The translations under genes were made by a program, and so were the position numbers. The notes below the pieces were generated by a model that did no database searches, was not told the DNA's origin, and was given only the letters and a program-made list of their open reading frames with translations. Positions 59,799 through 64,000 of a DNA stretch of 64,000 bases are shown here, piece by piece (within the stretch, counting starts at the first letter, position 1; each line of letters begins with the position of its first letter). Source of the stretch: Candidatus Marinacidobacterium sp. (GTDB lineage Bacteria > Acidobacteriota > Vicinamibacteria > Marinacidobacterales > Marinacidobacteraceae). The stretch is from the NCBI GenBank assembly GCA_965220965.1, contig OZ244852.1:960001-1024000 (forward strand), read 5' to 3'.

Positions 59799-60203
59799 AT
59801 GTTCCTCACCCTGCTCCTCGTCACGTTCGGCATCGCCCTGTCGGTGTCGCTCGCCGTCGTCCATCTCTTCGACCGCTCCATCGCCTCGATTCTGGAGAAG
59901 ATCGTGACCGCGGAGCTGAGCGTCGCCTGGTGTCGCTACATCCGTTTCGCCGCGGTCGTGGTGGGCGTGTCCGGCGGCGTCCGCATCCGCGAACTGGAGC
60001 GCTACGTCTCGGCGCCTGACCAGGACCGGGACATTCTCGCGCTGAACGCGGACCGCTGGACGCTCGAGGTCTACCGCACCGTCATCGAGACGCTCCAGTC
60101 GATCGCCTGGATGCTGCTGGTGGTCTTCGTGGTGGCGCTGATCGCGTACGTCCTGTCCCGCGGCTTCGCCCTGCGCCACCGGACTCCTTCGGGGGAGCGG
60201 TAG
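59799..60203 (+). CDS. Hypothetical three-TM membrane protein
   Basis: Clean 134-aa ORF with an upstream GGAGG SD and three hydrophobic segments. Confidence 0.7.
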   Translation: MFLTLLLVTFGIALSVSLAVVHLFDRSIASILEKIVTAELSVAWCRYIRFAAVVVGVSGGVRIRELERYVSAPDQDRDILALNADRWTLEVYRTVIETLQSIAWMLLVVFVVALIAYVLSRGFALRHRTPSGER

Positions 60204-60208
60204 GACAA

Positions 60209-61000
60209 GTGTCAGCGGCCCCGAAGGGCCGGGTTCTCGCCTTCGACACCACCGGCGCGCTCGGCGGAGTCGCGCTGTTCGATCCGCGGCATCCCGAGGC
60301 CGATCTCGTCGAGACCTTTGGCCCTTCCCGGATGCACTCGGCGCGGCTTCTGCCATCGGTCCGGTCGGTTCTGGAACGGTCCGCAACCGGCGCCGAGGGG
60401 GACAGCCCCCGGGCGGCGGGCGCTCGCCTCTCGCTCATCGCCGCCACCCGCGGGCCGGGATCCTTCACCGGCCTTCGGGTCGGACTCGCCACCCTTCATG
60501 GCCTCGGGCTGGCGCTCGAGGTTCCCCTCGCGGGGGTGTCGAGTCTGGAGGCCGCGGCGCTCGCGGATTTCCTGTCAGATCAAGCGCTCATGAGGCGACT
60601 CGCGCTCGTGGACGCGCTTCGCGGCGAGGTCTTCGCCGCCGTCTTTGGCGACCGGCCCGGGGGCCCGCTACACCCGGCCGGCGCTCCCGCGGGCGGGCCC
60701 TGGGTCATCCGCCCGGAGGATGTCGGACCACTGGCGCGGCGGGAAGGCGTCACCCGCGTCTGCGGTCCGGGGGCGGCGCGCTACGCCGACCGCATCCGCT
60801 CAAGCCTCGACCGGGCCGGGGCGCGCAGCGCCGCATTGGCTCGCGAACCGGTCCCCCTCGCTTCGGCCGCGGCCCGGCTGGGCGCGGCGATGCGGGATCA
60901 CGATCCGAAGGCGCTCCCGGCGAGCGTTGCTCCCGAGTATCTGCGCGATCCGGACATCCACGGCGACCCGCCCGCGGCCGCTAGTCCACCGGGCAGATGA
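60209..61000 (+). CDS. tsaB: t6A biosynthesis protein TsaB
   Basis: LAFDTT, HSARLLP, GPGSFTGLRVG, VSSLEA, DALRGEVF and PEYLR. Confidence 0.9.
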   Translation: MSAAPKGRVLAFDTTGALGGVALFDPRHPEADLVETFGPSRMHSARLLPSVRSVLERSATGAEGDSPRAAGARLSLIAATRGPGSFTGLRVGLATLHGLGLALEVPLAGVSSLEAAALADFLSDQALMRRLALVDALRGEVFAAVFGDRPGGPLHPAGAPAGGPWVIRPEDVGPLARREGVTRVCGPGAARYADRIRSSLDRAGARSAALAREPVPLASAAARLGAAMRDHDPKALPASVAPEYLRDPDIHGDPPAAASPPGR

Positions 61001-61080
61001 GGGCCCTGTCCCAGGCGCTGCGGCGACCCGTCGCCGGCTGTCACGCTCCTGTAATCTAGGGTCCTCCCGAGGAGGAACCC

Positions 61081-61302
61081 ATGGTCACCGACCCGGTCGA
61101 TTCCGAGTCCCCGGCCCGCGCCGGGGACCAGCAGACCCGTCTCGAAGCGCTCATCCGCCAGCATCGGGAGCTCGACGAGCAACTCAGGGAAATGTCCCGG
61201 CGACGCGGGCTCTCGGCGGCGGAGGAGATGGAGGCGGCCATGATGAAGAAGCGCAAGCTGTGGCTGAAGGACCAGATCGCCGCGCTCTCCTCCTCCGGTT
61301 GA
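61081..61302 (+). CDS. YdcH/DUF465-family small coiled-coil protein
   Basis: HRELDEQL...KKRKLWLKDQI, with an AGGAGG SD and a TAATCT -10 box upstream. Confidence 0.85.
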   Translation: MVTDPVDSESPARAGDQQTRLEALIRQHRELDEQLREMSRRRGLSAAEEMEAAMMKKRKLWLKDQIAALSSSG

Positions 61303-61399
61303 ACGCGCGGTCAACCGGCGCTCCCATCCGCTGCGGGGCGCTTCCGGCGGCGGCGGCCGGGACGCTGCGGCGCGTTCCCGGGGGAGGGTCGGATCGACG

Positions 61400-62047
61400 A
61401 TGAGAATCCCGCTGGACCCTGACGCCCGGGTCTTCGTGGCGGCGCCGCTGGCCGGAGCGCTCGTTCTGGCCGGCCTCGCCCACTGGGGCGGTTTCCCGGC
61501 GCTCTTCGGACTCGCCGGGCTGCTGGCGGCCGCGGCGGTCTTCTGCGTCTTCTTCTTCCGCGATCCGGAGCGCGTCCCCGACGGCGGCGAGGACGCGGTC
61601 CTGGCGCCAGCCGACGGCCGGGTGACCGACGCGGCGCCGGTGGCGCCAGGCGGCGAACTCCGGGTCAGCATCTTCCTGTCGGTCTTCAACGTGCACGTCA
61701 ACCGCTCCCCGGTCGCGGGGACGGTGAGCGCATTGCGCTACCGGAAGGGCGAGTTCCGGGCGGCGTTCCGCAAGGACGCGGCGCAGCGGAACGAGAGCAA
61801 CGAACTCGTTCTGACGACGCCGCACGGCGACGTGACGGTTCGCCAGATCGTGGGCGTGCTGGCGCGGCGGATCGTCTGCCGGGTCCGACGGGGGGACCGG
61901 CTGGAGCGCGGTCAGCGCTTCGGGCTGATGCGTTTCGGATCCCGGACCGACGTCATCCTGCCCCCGGGCTTCTCGCTCGCGGTCCGCCCCGGAGACCGGG
62001 TTCGGGGCGGGAAGACCGTCATCGCCCGGCTCACGGCGGAACCATGA
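61400..62047 (+). CDS. psd: Phosphatidylserine decarboxylase proenzyme
   Basis: FFRDPER, PADGRV, HVNRSP, NE and the FGS pyruvoyl cleavage site. Confidence 0.92.
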   Translation: MRIPLDPDARVFVAAPLAGALVLAGLAHWGGFPALFGLAGLLAAAAVFCVFFFRDPERVPDGGEDAVLAPADGRVTDAAPVAPGGELRVSIFLSVFNVHVNRSPVAGTVSALRYRKGEFRAAFRKDAAQRNESNELVLTTPHGDVTVRQIVGVLARRIVCRVRRGDRLERGQRFGLMRFGSRTDVILPPGFSLAVRPGDRVRGGKTVIARLTAEP

Positions 62048-62865
62048 AGCTGGAGAAGGGGCTCCGCAGCCGCTTCGGCCGAAAGGATCGGCGGGCTAAG
62101 TCCGGCCTGCGGACCAGGCGCGGGGTCTTCCTCCTCCCCAGCCTCTTTACCGTCGCCAATATCTTTCTGGGGTTCTTCTCGATCGCCCGGAGCCTCGACG
62201 GCGAATTCGCCGCCGCCGCGCTCGCCATCGGCTTCGCGATCCTGGCGGACCTGGTCGACGGCCGCGTGGCGCGATTCGCGGATGCCGCCAGCGAGTTCGG
62301 CCGCGAACTCGACTCGCTCGCCGACATGAGCTCGTTCGGCGTTGCGCCGGCCGTCCTCCTCTACGCCTGGGCCCTCCACGAGCTTCCCCGGACCGGCTGG
62401 CTGGTCGCGGCCCTGTTCGCGGTCTGCGCCGGCGTGCGGCTCGCCCGCTTCAACGTGGGCCGGCTCACCTCCGACAGCGGCTTCTACACCGGTCTGTCGA
62501 CCCCGGCGGCGGCCGCCCTGGTGGGCGCCGTGGTGTTCTGGCGCCCGGACCCGCTTCCGCCGGGAACGCTGTCTGTGGTCTGCATGTTCGGCGCGCTCCT
62601 GCTGGCGCTGCTGATGAACAGCCCGATCCCCTACCGGAGCTTCAAGGGCCTGGGTGGTCGCCGCGCCGACTCGTGGCGCACCGTGCTGGTGGTGGCGGTG
62701 GTCATCGTCGCGACCCTCGCCGAACCGGTCTTCATGTACCTGTTCCTTTCGATCGGCTACGCCGTACAGCCGGCGCTGTCGGGACTGGCGCGCGCGCTTC
62801 GCGGCCGGCGCCGTCGCGCCTCCGAAGAGACACCCGTCGCCGGGCCACGCCCGGACTCGCCCTGA
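62044..62865 (+). CDS. pssA: CDP-diacylglycerol--serine O-phosphatidyltransferase
   Basis: LPSLFT, DLVDGRVAR...SEFGRELDSLADMSSFGVAP, RLARFN and LMNS.IPY.SFK. Confidence 0.92.
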   Translation: MKLEKGLRSRFGRKDRRAKSGLRTRRGVFLLPSLFTVANIFLGFFSIARSLDGEFAAAALAIGFAILADLVDGRVARFADAASEFGRELDSLADMSSFGVAPAVLLYAWALHELPRTGWLVAALFAVCAGVRLARFNVGRLTSDSGFYTGLSTPAAAALVGAVVFWRPDPLPPGTLSVVCMFGALLLALLMNSPIPYRSFKGLGGRRADSWRTVLVVAVVIVATLAEPVFMYLFLSIGYAVQPALSGLARALRGRRRRASEETPVAGPRPDSP

Positions 62866-63857
62866 AGACCCTTCGGCGGCCTCCGCTCGGGGGCGGGGCG
62901 CTGCGCGCCCTCGCCGCCGCGGCGGCCATCCTGGCGTCCGGTTGCGCCGCGCCGGCCGACCCGGAGGCGTTTCCGGCCCGGCCGCTGGAAATCGTCTCCT
63001 GGGCCACGCCCGGCGGGCCCAGCGACCTGCTGGCGCGCGCCCTCGCCCGGGCGGCCCCTCCCCACTTCGACGGCCAGCGCTTCCTGGTGGTGACCCGGCA
63101 GGGCGGGGCGGGGGCCGTGGGCATGCAGTACCTGACCCGCCAGGCGGGGGATCCTCACGTCCTCGGAGTCTTCACCGCCAGCGGAACGGTCAACATGGCG
63201 ACCGGGAGGATCCCCTTCACGCCTTCCGACTTCACGCCCATCCTTCGCATCCAGCGTGATCCGTTCCTCGTCGCGGTGCGCGACGACAGCCCCTTCGCAG
63301 ACCTCGAGGCCCTGATGCGGGCGTCGCGATCCCGGCCGGGCGAAGTCTCGGTGTCCGGCTTCGGGGCGGCCTCGGCGCACTTCCTCGGCTTCGCCCGGCT
63401 CCGGGCGGCGGCGGGGGATCCGGACATCCGCTGGATCGCGTACGAGGGTTCCCAGGACGCCGTGGTGGCGGCGCTCGGGGGACACACTGACGCCGCCCAC
63501 ACGAACTACAACATCGTGCGCGAGCATCTCCGCGCGGGCTCGATGCGCGTGCTCGCTTCGGCGCTCCCGCTTCGCGCCCTCGACGGGGTCCCGAGCTATG
63601 CCGACCTCGGCTACGAGCTCTCCCCCATGCATTGGAGGGGCGTCGTGGGCCCGCCGGGGCTCTCTCCCGGGATCCAGGCCGACCTGCGGCGGCGATTGCT
63701 GGCGGTGATCCGGTCGCCGGACTTCCTCGAATACATGGAGCGCGCCGCCATGGAAGAGGCGGTCATGGAGAGTCCGGACGCGTTCGGCGCCTGGATGGAA
63801 TCGGAGGTCGCGGCGAGCCGCGACCTGCTTCGTGGTCTCGGGCTCTTCCGGGAGTAG
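62862..63857 (+). CDS. Tripartite tricarboxylate transporter substrate-binding lipoprotein (TctC/Bug), probable CTG start
   Basis: Lipobox LASGC, FPARPLEIV, PGGPSDLLAR, GGAGAVG, YEG and WRGVVGPPG. Confidence 0.88.
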   Translation: MKTLRRPPLGGGALRALAAAAAILASGCAAPADPEAFPARPLEIVSWATPGGPSDLLARALARAAPPHFDGQRFLVVTRQGGAGAVGMQYLTRQAGDPHVLGVFTASGTVNMATGRIPFTPSDFTPILRIQRDPFLVAVRDDSPFADLEALMRASRSRPGEVSVSGFGAASAHFLGFARLRAAAGDPDIRWIAYEGSQDAVVAALGGHTDAAHTNYNIVREHLRAGSMRVLASALPLRALDGVPSYADLGYELSPMHWRGVVGPPGLSPGIQADLRRRLLAVIRSPDFLEYMERAAMEEAVMESPDAFGAWMESEVAASRDLLRGLGLFRE

Positions 63858-64000
63858 CGACGGCGCGAGGCTTCTCCAGAGCCTCCGCCAGATACTCGAA
63901 CCCGCGCTGCTGATCGCGCTCGCGGCGCTGGTCCTCGTCGACGCGGACAGCTATCCGGGCGCCTTCGAGCCGGGGGCGCCCGGCCCCGCGTTCCTGCCGC
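63832..64000 (+). CDS. TctB-like membrane protein (partial, runs off the window)
   Basis: Frame reads ...LEPALLIALAALVLVDADSYPGAFEPGAPGPAFLP. The GP.FLP motif after TM1 and the position after tctC fit TctB. Start uncertain. Confidence 0.55.
   Translation, partial: MVSGSSGSSDGARLLQSLRQILEPALLIALAALVLVDADSYPGAFEPGAPGPAFLP

Overview
A very GC-rich bacterial chromosomal segment. BamD and lipoproteins indicate a diderm; gene content and order suggest Acidobacteriota, which is inference only. It is densely packed with about 62 mostly housekeeping genes and two tRNAs (Arg-CCT, Gly-CCC). Main content: mtaB, purC, an ECF sigma/anti-sigma/DUF5668/DUF4097 envelope-stress operon, nrdR, ftcD, pgpA-cinA-thpR, ribE/ribD/ribBA, sppA, mscS, apt-acyP-metB, grpE-dnaJ-prmA-rsmE-kinase-recX-alaS, ald, PMM/NDP-sugar genes, pgsA, bamD, def-fmt-rsmB-PASTA-rpe, a Cu-type P1B ATPase, a DUF349-like protein, GDH, TAXI-TRAP and Tct transporters, mutS, tsaB and psd-pssA. 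I saw no integrase, transposase, prophage, CRISPR array or rRNA. The best leads are regulatory and architectural: (1) a kinase-less three-PASTA membrane protein in the usual prkC slot plus an atypical soluble non-RD Hanks kinase with a Zn ribbon, possibly a split PrkC-like system; (2) two transporter genes that appear to start at CTG through CTGA stop-start coupling; (3) repeated -10 boxes 6-8 nt before start codons, implying leaderless mRNAs; (4) tRNAs placed directly in front of protein genes; (5) a PgpA with a long repeat-bearing N-terminal extension. All family calls come from motif recognition by eye; no database search was run.
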